A DNA stretch of 47,375 nucleotides from an uncultured bacterium (lineage in GTDB: Bacteria > SAR324 > NAC60-12): assembly GCA_965662845.1 (NCBI GenBank), contig CBFIJD010000008.1, forward strand, positions 1 through 47,375. The letters are read 5' to 3'. Numbering within the stretch: the first letter of the stretch is position 1; every line of letters starts with the position of its first letter. The notes under the pieces are model-generated. The model worked only from the letters and a program-made list of their open reading frames with translations, had not been told where the DNA came from and searched no databases. Made by a program: the position numbers and the translations under genes. This document shows positions 7,751 to 17,621 of this stretch, piece after piece.

Positions 7751-9973
7751 TCAAAGCGTGAGTTGTTCACGGATTTGTTGCAGATAGTCCAGAAACGCTT
7801 GTGGAGTCTCGCGTGCGAGCAACTCTTGCACAACAGGACCTTCGGCGGCTACTCGAGCGATTTCTGCCAAGAGGTTGAGATGTACTTCTGGATCATCGTG
7901 AGGGCTCAGCACCATGAAGACGAGGCGGATCAGTGAAGAGCCCTCTTCCGTGTCCCAAGGAATGCCCTCTCGAATCAAGGCCACCACACACAGCGGTTCT
8001 CGCAACTGTGCCGAGTGTGCATGAGGAACGGCGACATCATGGCTCAGGCGTGTGGGGTAGGCTTTTTCCCGTTGGAGTAATTCTTCAACGAGCGGCCCCA
8101 AGCTGAGCTGCGGGAAGCGTTCCCGAGCGTTTTCGACCATGGTGGTGAACAACTGCGTTTGATCCATCGGAGAGAGCACCAACACTTGCTCAGGATAGGT
8201 GTAAAAAGACAAGTAGTTGGCTTTGCGACGGAACAGCAGCACCGATCCTTCGGTCTCCGTTGGTAGCTCCGAGACCCGCATTTGTAGGCGCCCCCCGTGA
8301 TGCAAGACTAAAGGGATGGTGTCGCGCCGCAGTCTGGCGGGCAGCTTCGCCAAATTGGCGGGGACCAAGACCGCTTCGCGATTGCGGACGGTATACTCGA
8401 TTTGGGTCGGCTTTGGGAGATTGTTCCAAATTGGTTTGCCAAGACCACCGATGCGGTGTTCCTGTCGCTCGCTTTCGGCTGTCCAACGATACACATGATC
8501 TCGCCCCACGACTTCGGCCCAGCGCTCACAGATCAACTGATTGAGGTCTCGATTGTCGGTCAGCGCGATGACATTCCCGACGAAGGGATAGTATTCGGGA
8601 GGGAGTGCGTTTTGGCTGAGCGCGTTCGCGCGGAAGACGGTGAGCCCTTCACTCTCGGCTTGGCGCGCGGCCTCCGTATTCAAATCCATCAGGAAACACT
8701 GAGTGCCCGTCTGCTTTTGAATGAAGCTCGCGATCCGTCGGGAGAGCAGGTGAGCGCCTACAATCAGCCAGCCGTCGCGTTTCTCTGCTTTGACATTGAG
8801 CAGCTGCGCCACTTTGCCAGCGCTCAGCCCCTGAATGATCACGGTGAAGCCAATGATGCTGAAGGTAAAGGCTTGCAGAAAGGTCGCTTCAGGGTGCCCA
8901 CTATCCTGCAGACGCAGGGTAAAGAGCGAGGCCATCGACCCGGCGACAATTCCGCGAGGGGCCATCCATGAGAGGAACAAGCGCTCTCGCACGGAGAGTT
9001 GAGAGCCCAACGTGCTGACGAGCACGCCCAGCGGGCGAATGAGCACTAAAACTCCCAGCACGAGCCACAGACCATTGCGAGCGAGAAACTCAAGGAACAC
9101 ATCCATGCGTAGCTCTGCCGCCAGCAAAATAAACAAGATCGCGATGGCCATTTCAGTGAGCTCGAGCTTGAACTGCTTGAGCTGCTTAATCTCCTCGCTG
9201 CGGTTCAATCCGAGCACAAACCCCACGACGATGACCGTCAGCAGCCCCGCCTCATGCACTAAAACGTCAGACAACACAAAGAAGAGCATCCCCCACGCGA
9301 GCACAAAGATGTTGGTGTATTCGCGAGGAACCCAGTGGCGCTGCAAAGTCGCTGTGAGCAAATAGCCACCGACGATGCCAAATCCCATGCCCACCAACAC
9401 GCGGAGCCCGAAACTCTCCAGAGCTTCCATGGTGAAGGCCCCCGCCGTGAACCACTCAAAACACAACACCGCGATGAAGACCCCGATCGGGTCGATCAGG
9501 ACTCCTTCCCAGTGCAGGATGTGATGCAGGCGTTCATTGACCCCGATTCGGCGCAGCAGCGGATGAATGACGGTGGGCCCAGTTACGATAATCAGAGAGC
9601 TCGCCAGCAGCGCGAAAGAGAAGGTGAAGTCAAAGAGTAAGACAATCAGCAGCGTGGTGCCAAGCCACGTCGCGAGAACGCCAAGTGTCAGCAACCGCCA
9701 GATCACTAAAGGTGCTTTTTCAAAGCCTTCGGGCTCAAGCGTGAGGCCTCCTTCAAAGAGAATCACTGCGACACACACCGCCACCAGCATGTTCAAGCCT
9801 GTCCCCAAAACGCCGGGATCGATCACTCCTATCAGCTCAGGGCCCAAGACAATCCCACCGATCAGCAGCGGCACAATGGCTGGGATGCGCAAATGTTGAG
9901 CAATCACCAGCAGGCTGACCCCAGCCGTCAAAGCGACAATCAGGGTCTCCAGCTTGAGGATAATAGTGTCCAT
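7751..9973 (-). CDS. CPA1/NhaP-type cation:proton antiporter fused to RCK(TrkA-N)-like and PTS EIIA-like domains
   Basis: ILFEGGLTL, TGPTVI, WEGVLIDPIG and MAPRGIVA motifs; WLIVGAH RCK-like start; C-terminal DVAVPHA..VFMVLSP..HLNLLAEIA; start MDTI at 9973. Confidence 0.85.
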   Translation of the reverse strand: MDTIILKLETLIVALTAGVSLLVIAQHLRIPAIVPLLIGGIVLGPELIGVIDPGVLGTGLNMLVAVCVAVILFEGGLTLEPEGFEKAPLVIWRLLTLGVLATWLGTTLLIVLLFDFTFSFALLASSLIIVTGPTVIHPLLRRIGVNERLHHILHWEGVLIDPIGVFIAVLCFEWFTAGAFTMEALESFGLRVLVGMGFGIVGGYLLTATLQRHWVPREYTNIFVLAWGMLFFVLSDVLVHEAGLLTVIVVGFVLGLNRSEEIKQLKQFKLELTEMAIAILFILLAAELRMDVFLEFLARNGLWLVLGVLVLIRPLGVLVSTLGSQLSVRERLFLSWMAPRGIVAGSMASLFTLRLQDSGHPEATFLQAFTFSIIGFTVIIQGLSAGKVAQLLNVKAEKRDGWLIVGAHLLSRRIASFIQKQTGTQCFLMDLNTEAARQAESEGLTVFRANALSQNALPPEYYPFVGNVIALTDNRDLNQLICERWAEVVGRDHVYRWTAESERQEHRIGGLGKPIWNNLPKPTQIEYTVRNREAVLVPANLAKLPARLRRDTIPLVLHHGGRLQMRVSELPTETEGSVLLFRRKANYLSFYTYPEQVLVLSPMDQTQLFTTMVENARERFPQLSLGPLVEELLQREKAYPTRLSHDVAVPHAHSAQLREPLCVVALIREGIPWDTEEGSSLIRLVFMVLSPHDDPEVHLNLLAEIARVAAEGPVVQELLARETPQAFLDYLQQIREQLTL

Positions 9974-10028
9974 AGATTTGTAGAGAGAGGGAGAAAGCCG
10001 CTGTGTGGAGCGGAGGGTGTGAGCGCTG

Positions 10029-10805
10029 TTATTTCCGGACGGCGCCGTCAACTCGGCGAACGAAGTCGGTGAAGAGACGGACCTCTGAGACGTCCCCGTA
10101 GGCTTCTTCGATTTGGCGAAGCGCTTCGTCAGGTTTGAGGTCTTGGCGAAAGAAGATGCGGTGAGATTCTAGGATGTGGTTGATGACGTCGCGGGAGAAG
10201 CCTTTGCGTTTGAGGCCAACAATGTTGATGCCTTTGATCTCGAAGCGGTTTCCATAGCCGGTTGTGTAAGGAGCGAGGTGCTTGTCGATGAGTGAGCCTG
10301 CGCCAGTGTAGGCATACGAGCCGATGTGCACAAACTGGGTAACTCCATTTTGACCACCAAGAGTGACAAAGTCGTCCATCACAACATGGCCGCTCAGGCC
10401 AGTGTAGTTGGCTAAGACATTGTGGTTACCCAAGACACAGTCGTGAGCAACGTGAACATATCCCATCAGCAGGTTGTGGTTGCCGATCACAGTCCGCCCC
10501 CCGCCTGTCACGGTGCCACGGTGAATCGAAACGCACTCTCGAAACTGGTTGTTGTCGCCAATTTCAAGTTTGGTTGGTTCCCCCTTGTATTTCATGTCTT
10601 GTGGGGGCGCTCCAATGTAAGTGAAGGGGTAGAAAATGTTGTCATTTCCGATGGTGGAGGGGCCCTCGATGACAACATTGCTCCGCAACACACAGCGATC
10701 CCCAAGCTCAACGTTGGCGCCAACGACGCAGTGTGGGCCAATTTCTACTTGTTCGCCCAGTTGTGCGCCGGTTTCGACAATAGCGGTGGGATGAATTTGA
10801 GTCAT
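10029..10805 (-). CDS. lpxA: Acyl-ACP--UDP-N-acetylglucosamine O-acyltransferase
   Basis: MTQIHPTAIVE start, hexapeptide repeats, PQDMKYKGE, IHRGT, HVAHDC, GINIVGLKR. Confidence 0.95.
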   Translation of the reverse strand: MTQIHPTAIVETGAQLGEQVEIGPHCVVGANVELGDRCVLRSNVVIEGPSTIGNDNIFYPFTYIGAPPQDMKYKGEPTKLEIGDNNQFRECVSIHRGTVTGGGRTVIGNHNLLMGYVHVAHDCVLGNHNVLANYTGLSGHVVMDDFVTLGGQNGVTQFVHIGSYAYTGAGSLIDKHLAPYTTGYGNRFEIKGINIVGLKRKGFSRDVINHILESHRIFFRQDLKPDEALRQIEEAYGDVSEVRLFTDFVRRVDGAVRK

Positions 10806-10853
10806 GACGGCTCCAACAAATCGGATGTTCCCGAGAGAAGATAAAAGTTTTGA

Positions 10854-10862
10854 ACTATAGCA
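10854..10862 (-). promoter_or_regulatory. Candidate extended -10 promoter element for lpxA
   Basis: Minus strand TGcTATAGT about 50 nt upstream of the lpxA ATG. Confidence 0.35.
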
Positions 10863-10944
10863 TTGCGTCAATCGAACACAAGACCTCAGTAGGCGAGCAA
10901 CCATGTCGCTGTGTCACAGCAAAGGATAGGCCGCTGGGTTGAAA

Positions 10945-12090
10945 TTAGGGGAAGGCCGAAATCCAATCCGTGTGATGCACTACCCGATCGGGGAGAATTT
11001 GCGAGACGCGCAGGGCTTGAACAGCGGCCTGTTCGATTGGAAATTGAAGCGGGGGCGTGAGCTGTCCCTGCCAGTTCCAAGGCTGTTGAAGGTTCTGTTT
11101 GAGGCGATAGCGGGTGAGCCGTGGCCCTACTCGATGCAAGACGGCTGTGCTGGTCTCAGCGATGGCATGGCCAAGCAGCGTCCACCGGCTGGGCGGGGTC
11201 TCAGGAGCATATTCGCGCAGCAATTGAGTGTGCAAACGCACTCCAGCGTGAGTTTTTTCCAGCAGAGTCGGCAAGTGTGTCAGGAGGTAAAGGCGTCGCA
11301 GCACGAAAGGGTCAAATTGTGTTGCGAGTTCAGCGCTAGCGATGGCAGAGCCGGTGTAAATGGGCACATTCCAGCGTTGATGTTGCCAAACAAAAGCATA
11401 GCTCTCTTGATAATCGCCCAGCACGACTACCGCGTCCGCCTCGACTTGAGACAGCGCGGCGAATTCTTCCTCAAGCTGATACAGCGGCGCACGACTGATG
11501 AAACGACTGACATTGGCCATCCCCGCAACGGCTTGTTCGAAGCGTTGAGCGAGCTGGGCATGTCGTGGGGTGTCTCGCAACCAGAGCAGCACTTTTTGTC
11601 CAGTTCTCTCTTGCGCAAAAAACTTACCGAGCACGGTCGCTTCCGTTGCCAAAGAGGGCAGGTAGCTCAAGCTGGCCGGGAGGTTTTCTGCAGGGCGAGC
11701 GGCAGCAAAGATGCTGAGGACATCTGTGGCTCGCAACCAAGTGGGATAGGCCTCAAGGGTGGCTTGGCCTGTTGTGCCGATGAGCGCAAAAACGGGGTTG
11801 GTCAGAGCCAACGTTTGTAGTTCCTTCTCTGTTTGGGACGGTTTGAGCTGGGTGTCTTTGGCCTGATAACTCATCTGGCGACCATGCAGTCCCCCTTGGT
11901 CGTTGACATATTGGAAGTAAGCCTGGATGCCGGTAGCAATTCCGGAGTAGGGATCGCTCGCAGGGCCACTGAGCGGGTGCAATCCTCCTAATCGAAGAGT
12001 CCTCTGTGTGACGGCGGGCAATGTCTCAGCATACGCAGACAGCGCGCTGCTGAGCAGGAACCAACCCAAGAGAAGTCGTAGCAATTTCAT
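10945..12090 (-). CDS. Periplasmic substrate-binding protein, LivJ/LivK-like family (orphan)
   Basis: Signal peptide ending AYA; LRLGGLHPLSGP and YVNDQGGLHGRQM motifs; no permease or ATPase genes adjacent. Confidence 0.8.
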   Translation of the reverse strand: MKLLRLLLGWFLLSSALSAYAETLPAVTQRTLRLGGLHPLSGPASDPYSGIATGIQAYFQYVNDQGGLHGRQMSYQAKDTQLKPSQTEKELQTLALTNPVFALIGTTGQATLEAYPTWLRATDVLSIFAAARPAENLPASLSYLPSLATEATVLGKFFAQERTGQKVLLWLRDTPRHAQLAQRFEQAVAGMANVSRFISRAPLYQLEEEFAALSQVEADAVVVLGDYQESYAFVWQHQRWNVPIYTGSAIASAELATQFDPFVLRRLYLLTHLPTLLEKTHAGVRLHTQLLREYAPETPPSRWTLLGHAIAETSTAVLHRVGPRLTRYRLKQNLQQPWNWQGQLTPPLQFPIEQAAVQALRVSQILPDRVVHHTDWISAFP

Positions 12091-12193
12091 AGAAGCGACG
12101 GATGGAAGAGGGAAAAGCCAGAGAGGTTACGGCGAATGCGGTGGGAATGCAACGGAGGACGGAAGTCGCACGGACTTCCGTGGAAGCGAGTGG

Positions 12194-12976
12194 TTAGTGG
12201 ATGCCGGATTCCTGCAACCATTCGTCAATGCGCGAGGCAAATGCTCTCCAGTTGGGATCCAGCATCATGGCATGACAACCGTCTAAAAACTCAGGGCGAG
12301 TGCCATAAAACAGCGCGGTGAGCCACTGAAGATGATTGGGGACCATGCCGTCTTGTTTGCCCGCCATGACTAGGACGGGCACTGGGGAGGCTAAACTGCG
12401 GACAAATTGACCGTAAAGTTGGAGGGTCGCAAAGAGCGATTCCCGCTGGTAGAGAGTTCGGTACTGTTCTAAGTCGGAGGATGGGACTCGGTGAGAAAAG
12501 ATAAGGTTGCGCCAAAACTCAACCGGAGCCTTCTCAGGCTGATCTTGCCAAAAGCTCAACTGTTGCAGCATAAAGGGGCGAGACCACAGCAAGTGAAAGA
12601 AAATCGGAAGCAGCCCTGTTGGTGGTGTGGAAGACAGGAGTACGGCAGCGGGAGCGGTTCGTGTTTCAAGATAACGTTGTATCAAAAAGCCGCCCATCGA
12701 ATGACCGATTAAGACAGGAGGGGCCGGAAGTTCGGAGACTGCGCTTTCCAAATCTAGGAGATAGTCCTCGATGAGCGTTGTGAGTAAGTGAGCGTACCCT
12801 TCGCTTTTACCGTGCCCTCGGAGACTCACCGCATAGGTGTCCCAACCCTGCTCGGCAAAGTAAGGTAAGAAGTTTTCTGACCAACAACTAGCGTTTGTGT
12901 AGGCTCCATGCACGAACAGAAGAGGCGTGGCCGATCGCTTTTTGGAGGGAGCGTGATGCAAAATTTCGAGTCGCAT
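12194..12976 (-). CDS. Alpha/beta fold hydrolase
   Basis: LLFVHGA, SLRGHGKS, GHSMGG nucleophile elbow, GKQDGMV, CHAMMLD; start MRLE at 12976. Confidence 0.88.
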   Translation of the reverse strand: MRLEILHHAPSKKRSATPLLFVHGAYTNASCWSENFLPYFAEQGWDTYAVSLRGHGKSEGYAHLLTTLIEDYLLDLESAVSELPAPPVLIGHSMGGFLIQRYLETRTAPAAVLLSSTPPTGLLPIFFHLLWSRPFMLQQLSFWQDQPEKAPVEFWRNLIFSHRVPSSDLEQYRTLYQRESLFATLQLYGQFVRSLASPVPVLVMAGKQDGMVPNHLQWLTALFYGTRPEFLDGCHAMMLDPNWRAFASRIDEWLQESGIH

Positions 12977-13338
12977 TAAACTTTCCTGTTTTTCAAAATG
13001 ATTGGAGTGACGTTCCAGAGCCGACCGCGAGGCCGTCACAAATTTGGAGAGATTTGGGAGGCTCAAATATCAGCGAAAATCTAATTGTGTTGACTCCCCT
13101 GCGAGCCAAATCTACGATTTGCAGTATTTTTCGCGTAATTTCAACTCTCTGCCGGAACGCCCCTGTGAGCAATTCTCTCCGAGATGCGCCCGCACAGTGA
13201 TGGCCACGCGACCATTTGCAAGCTTGACAACTATCTAACAGACGGATGCGGAAACCAATCTTGCAACGATCAGCAAAAAATCGCAACATTAGTTACAAAT
13301 CAAAAGTTTTCCAACAAATACTTTTAAGGAGCGGGTAG

Positions 13339-14592
13339 ATGTGGTCAGACATTTTCCACACCGAGCGGCCTGGATACTTCGGTCAGTTTGGCGGAATGTA
13401 CATTCCAGAAATTTTGCGTGCGACGTTCGACCAATTGATTCAGGCCTTTGAAGAGGCCCGCCAAGATCCGCACTTTTGGAATGAATACGTCCAAATTATG
13501 CAGAGTTACTCGTGTCGCCCGACTCCGATCACGCCGCTGCCTAATTTCTCAAAAGCGATCGGTGGCCCTCAAATCTTTTGTAAGCGTGAGGACTTGAACC
13601 AGACCGGCGCTCACAAGGCCAATAACGTGATGGGACAGGGGGTGCTCGTGCAGCGGATGGGGAAAAGCCGCGTTATCGCAGAGACTGGCGCAGGCCAACA
13701 CGGTGTGGCCACAGCGACGATGGCAGCGCGCTTGGGGCTGGAATGTACAATTTATATGGGGGCTTTGGACGTAGAACGACAGCGCCCCAACGTCTTTTGG
13801 ATGGAGCAGTTGGGGGCGACTGTCGTAGCCGTCACTGAAGGCTCTGCGACACTAAAAGATGCGATCAACGCTTCAATGCGAGATTGGTCGGCGAGCATGG
13901 ATGACACCCACTACGTCCTTGGGACCGTCTGTGGGCCCCACCCCTTCCCAACGATTGTTTCGTATTTTCAGTCCATCATTGGGCAAGAAGCCCGCGAACA
14001 GATGCTCGAATTGACGGGGCGGCTACCAGATCGCATCTATGCTTGTGTTGGAGGGGGCTCCAACGCGTCCGGACTTTTCTTGCCCTTCATTGAAGACGAT
14101 GGCGTTGAACTGGTCGGAGTGGAAGCGGGCGGGCACGGCGTGGACAGCGGCGAACATGCCTCTCGCTTTGAAGGCGGACACATCGGGGTTGCGCAAGGCT
14201 ACAAAACCTACTTTTTGCAAAACCCCGAAGGCCAAATGCTGCATACACACTCCATTGCCGCAGGGCTGGACTATGTGGGCGTGGGGCCCTTGCTGAGCCA
14301 TTTGCATGATGAAGGACGCGTCCGGTTCATGTCAGCGACCGATCAAGAAGTGGTGGACACGGTTCGGTTGCTGATTCGGACAGAAGGATTGATTCCTGCC
14401 CTAGAGAGCACCCACGGGCTCGCAGGAGTGGTTAAAGAGGCTGCGACCATGGAAGAGGATGAGGTCGTTTTGTTTAATTTGTCTGGGCGTGGGGACAAAG
14501 ACATTTTCAACATCGCCGAAGCCTTGGATGATGCCAAATGGCGTGAGTTTATTCATCAAAAGTCAGAAGAGTATCGTAATGCCCAAAACTGA
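13339..14592 (+). CDS. trpB: Tryptophan synthase beta chain
   Basis: KREDLNQTGAHK (PLP Lys), AETGAGQHG, CVGGGSN, SGRGDKD; SD AAGGAG. Confidence 0.97.
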   Translation: MWSDIFHTERPGYFGQFGGMYIPEILRATFDQLIQAFEEARQDPHFWNEYVQIMQSYSCRPTPITPLPNFSKAIGGPQIFCKREDLNQTGAHKANNVMGQGVLVQRMGKSRVIAETGAGQHGVATATMAARLGLECTIYMGALDVERQRPNVFWMEQLGATVVAVTEGSATLKDAINASMRDWSASMDDTHYVLGTVCGPHPFPTIVSYFQSIIGQEAREQMLELTGRLPDRIYACVGGGSNASGLFLPFIEDDGVELVGVEAGGHGVDSGEHASRFEGGHIGVAQGYKTYFLQNPEGQMLHTHSIAAGLDYVGVGPLLSHLHDEGRVRFMSATDQEVVDTVRLLIRTEGLIPALESTHGLAGVVKEAATMEEDEVVLFNLSGRGDKDIFNIAEALDDAKWREFIHQKSEEYRNAQN

Positions 14593-15379
14593 GGAACCGC
14601 GACTGCCACTTACGGATTACTTACGCATTCGACTAGAGCAGAAGAAAATTTTGCTGATGACTCACTTGATTGTGGGATTTCCCTCTTTAGAAGCCAACTG
14701 GCAGATGCTAGAGGCGATGCAAGCCGCAGATGTTGATCTGGTCGAGTTACAGATGCCATTTAGTGAACCAATCGCGGATGGCCCCTTGTTTGTGAGAGCG
14801 AATCAGTCTGCATTGCACAACGGGATCGATTGGCAAGCATATTTCTCTTTCATGAGCGAGGCTCGCGATCAATTCTCTTTCCCTTTGTTGATGATCGGCT
14901 ACTACAACAGCGCGTTTACGATGGGGCACCGCAGCTTTTGCTCACGCTTGCAAGATTATGGCGCTCAAGGGTTTATCTTGCCGGATTTGCCTGTGGAAGA
15001 ATATGACGACCTGTTCGAACTAAGTGACGAATTCGGCCTGTCTCCGATCCAATTGTGCGCCCCTACTCACACCGAAGAACGGCTGCAAGCGCTCTGCGAA
15101 CACGGACGAGGGTTTATTTACTGCGTTGCGCGAAAAGGTGTGACCGGAGCGCAAACGAGTGTGGAAAGCGAAGTGTTGCATTTTCTGGAACGCTGTCGAA
15201 AACACACGACGTTGCCACTAGCTTTGGGGTTTGGATTGTCGAGAGGAGAGGATCTGCGACAGCTGCATAACGCCGCAGATATTGCCGTGGTGGGATCTGC
15301 CCTGCTGACATCTTGGGAAAAAGGAGGGAGAGACGCCTACATTAAGCACCTACAAGAGTTATCAGCCGCGACCCATTAG
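14579..15379 (+). CDS. trpA: Tryptophan synthase alpha chain
   Basis: VELQMPFSEPIADGP, PDLPVEE, GFIYCVARKGVTG, LGFGL, VVGSAL; overlaps the trpB end. Confidence 0.95.
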   Translation: MPKTEEPRLPLTDYLRIRLEQKKILLMTHLIVGFPSLEANWQMLEAMQAADVDLVELQMPFSEPIADGPLFVRANQSALHNGIDWQAYFSFMSEARDQFSFPLLMIGYYNSAFTMGHRSFCSRLQDYGAQGFILPDLPVEEYDDLFELSDEFGLSPIQLCAPTHTEERLQALCEHGRGFIYCVARKGVTGAQTSVESEVLHFLERCRKHTTLPLALGFGLSRGEDLRQLHNAADIAVVGSALLTSWEKGGRDAYIKHLQELSAATH

Positions 15380-15663
15380 ACTTCAAAATCGACCACAGCG
15401 CGCTGGGCACACATGTCTCCAATCAAATCAACAACGGGCAGATGATCTGGATGTGTGGCATAGATCGCCAGCGCGTCACGATCGGCAAAATGAGTGATGA
15501 GAGCGATATCCCAAGAGTTTGGGCCATGCTTAAAATCCACACCAACCTCCAAGTGTTCAACCTCGACGATTTTTTCCTTGAGGCCCCGTAGTGCCGTGAC
15601 TATCTTCTGGAGATTGTCTTCAGACTTTTCGTTCAGTTTCAAAAATACGATATGCTTGATCAT
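15376..15663 (-). CDS. Dabb (stress-responsive alpha/beta barrel) protein
   Basis: MIKHIVFLKL..YATHPDH..VVDF pattern; SD GGAG. Confidence 0.88.
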   Translation of the reverse strand: MIKHIVFLKLNEKSEDNLQKIVTALRGLKEKIVEVEHLEVGVDFKHGPNSWDIALITHFADRDALAIYATHPDHLPVVDLIGDMCAQRAVVDFEV

Positions 15664-15689
15664 AATTGCTCCGAAGGGTGAGGTTCAGG

Positions 15690-15875
15690 ATGATGTTGTT
15701 GAGTTTACATATAGTTGCTATTGCTGCGCTAATCGCTGTCTCCGGTGGAATTGCCTACAGCATGGGAAAAGCTGAAGGCGTAAGGATCACCACCCTGCAT
15801 TATGAAGATGAAGCGGAGCGCACGCAAATAGAGAGAGAGCGTTCGGCAGAAGCCGAGCCCGCTCACAACGCTTGA
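15690..15875 (+). CDS. Small hypothetical membrane protein
   Basis: N-terminal hydrophobic helix and charged tail; GAGG upstream; fills the gap between dabb and rlmB. Confidence 0.45.
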   Translation: MMLLSLHIVAIAALIAVSGGIAYSMGKAEGVRITTLHYEDEAERTQIERERSAEAEPAHNA

Positions 15876-16630
15876 GAAGAGACTTGATACAAAGCTAGAG
15901 CCGCCGCGCTGCTTACGTTGAGAGATTCGACCTGATTCGTCCCACTAATTTTGACCGTCCAGTCACAAGCCGACAAAACCAAGGGACGGACGCCTTTCCC
16001 TTCATTTCCTAGAACAAGCATGAGCGGCCGATCCGCTTGCAGGTCGCGCAGGTCTGATTGGGCGCTGCCATCCATCCCAACCACCCAAAATCCCTCCTCT
16101 TTGCGATTATCCAAAAATCGCTTCAGGTTCGTGGCCGCATAAACAGGGAACCATTCCACGACGCCGACCGAAGTCTTGGAAACCGTAGGGGTAATCCCAC
16201 AGCTGTGATCACGAGCGACAATGCAGCCAGAGGCCCCAAAAAAAGCACAAGATCGCAAGATGGCCCCAAAATTTTGTGGATCCGCTATTTGATCAAGGAC
16301 AAGGTAAATGGGGTTCCCAGTTGGCGAAGGAAAGGGCTGAGGGGAGAGCATTTCGCGGGGCGTTGCTTCGAGCAATACGCCTTGGTGTACGCCTTCAGGG
16401 CAGATTTCGTCTAGCTTTCCTCGTTCTGCTAAGTGGACAGGGATGGAGAGCTTTTCCGCTTGTTGTTGGATTTCTTGTAGGCGCTCTGAAACGGGTTGCT
16501 TGAGGAGCAGTTGACGAAACGTGCGATGTTGATGACGCAAGGCCTCCTGTACCGGTGAGACCCCATAGAGCCACTCCCATGGCGACATGCGCCGACCGCG
16601 TTCATTACCGCTAGCGCGTGATTTAGCCAT
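15863..16630 (-). CDS. rlmB: 23S rRNA Gm2251 methyltransferase (TrmH/SpoU family)
   Basis: HQGV, LDQIADPQNFGAILRS, LGNEGKGV and ESLNVS motifs. Confidence 0.9.
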   Translation of the reverse strand: MAKSRASGNERGRRMSPWEWLYGVSPVQEALRHQHRTFRQLLLKQPVSERLQEIQQQAEKLSIPVHLAERGKLDEICPEGVHQGVLLEATPREMLSPQPFPSPTGNPIYLVLDQIADPQNFGAILRSCAFFGASGCIVARDHSCGITPTVSKTSVGVVEWFPVYAATNLKRFLDNRKEEGFWVVGMDGSAQSDLRDLQADRPLMLVLGNEGKGVRPLVLSACDWTVKISGTNQVESLNVSSAAALALYQVSSQAL

Positions 16631-17228
16631 TTAGGTGCTTTTCCAATTCGGTACGCAGCTCTGAATACGCGTGCGTAACAGGAAACTCAGGATATTCGCG
16701 TGTGATTTTTTCTGTTGGGCGGAAGAAGATCCCTTGATGTGCGCTTTGTAGCATTGAGACATCATTGTAAGAGTCTCCTGCTGCAAGCACATGGTAATTC
16801 AGTCCTCGCAACGCGTTGACTGCGTGACGCTTTTGATCCTTTTGTCGCAAACAGTAGTTCGCGATTCGTCCGTCAGATTCAAGCGAGAGGGAGTGACAAA
16901 AGATGGTGGGATGTTGGAGCTTGGCCAGTAAGGGCTGCACAAATTCCCGGAACGTGTCCGACAGGATAATCAGTTCACATTCTTTTCGTAGCCACTGAGA
17001 AAACTCAAAAGCGCCTTCTAGTGGTTCCATTTGATCGACAACAGCGTGAATATCTTGGATGCGCAAATTGTGTGCGTCACACACGCGAAGGCGGTGCTGC
17101 ATCAATTCGTCATAGTCAACAATGTCTCTCGTGGTCAACTTGAGTTCTTCAATTCCGGTTCGTTCCGCGAGCCCGACCCAGATTTCGGGGATGAGGACGC
17201 CTTCGAAGTCAAGGCAAGTAATTTTCAT
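16623..17228 (-). CDS. thrH: Phosphoserine phosphatase/homoserine phosphotransferase (HAD family)
   Basis: CLDFEGVLIPEIW, TTRDIVDYDELM, ILSDTF, AAGDSYND; alternative start at 17249. Confidence 0.9.
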   Translation of the reverse strand: MKITCLDFEGVLIPEIWVGLAERTGIEELKLTTRDIVDYDELMQHRLRVCDAHNLRIQDIHAVVDQMEPLEGAFEFSQWLRKECELIILSDTFREFVQPLLAKLQHPTIFCHSLSLESDGRIANYCLRQKDQKRHAVNALRGLNYHVLAAGDSYNDVSMLQSAHQGIFFRPTEKITREYPEFPVTHAYSELRTELEKHLNG

Positions 17229-17308
17229 GGTAGGGTTATCTTGTTGCATGTTCGTTTGTGCGTCTGAAAGAAGTTGCAGAAGGTGCTAACTGCAGAAAAA
17301 AGGAAGAA

Positions 17309-17620
17309 ATGAAACTTAGTTTGAAACTGATCGGTGTGCTGATGAGCCTTGGAATTATAGGCTGTCAGTCTCAGCGAGAGGTTCGAGTTTACGAAAAAGT
17401 ACCGCTTTATGCAGAATGCCGGAAATATACGGACTATCAACAAATTGTCCAGTGTGAGCGTCAGATGCAAGGGCCAGAAAATCGGCGAGTCAATCACGTG
17501 ATGCGTCAGTCCGAGAAGAGAATCAACCGCATCTATCACTACTACCGTTGCCAAGAACGACCGAATCAGCCTGAGCCTCCCGGTTGCTCAGTCAACATTC
17601 AATCCGATTTAGTGGAGTAA
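17309..17620 (+). CDS. Hypothetical lipoprotein
   Basis: MKLSLK plus hydrophobic stretch and lipobox IIGC; SD AGGAAG; four further Cys. Confidence 0.7.
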   Translation: MKLSLKLIGVLMSLGIIGCQSQREVRVYEKVPLYAECRKYTDYQQIVQCERQMQGPENRRVNHVMRQSEKRINRIYHYYRCQERPNQPEPPGCSVNIQSDLVE

Positions 17621-17621
17621 A

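Noticed and set aside
10939..11820. 293-aa plus-strand ORF
   Set aside because: Antisense to the substrate-binding protein gene with no motifs
12977..13338. Trp leader peptide or attenuator before trpBA
   Set aside because: The short ORF ending just before trpB has no Trp codons and no terminator hairpin is evident
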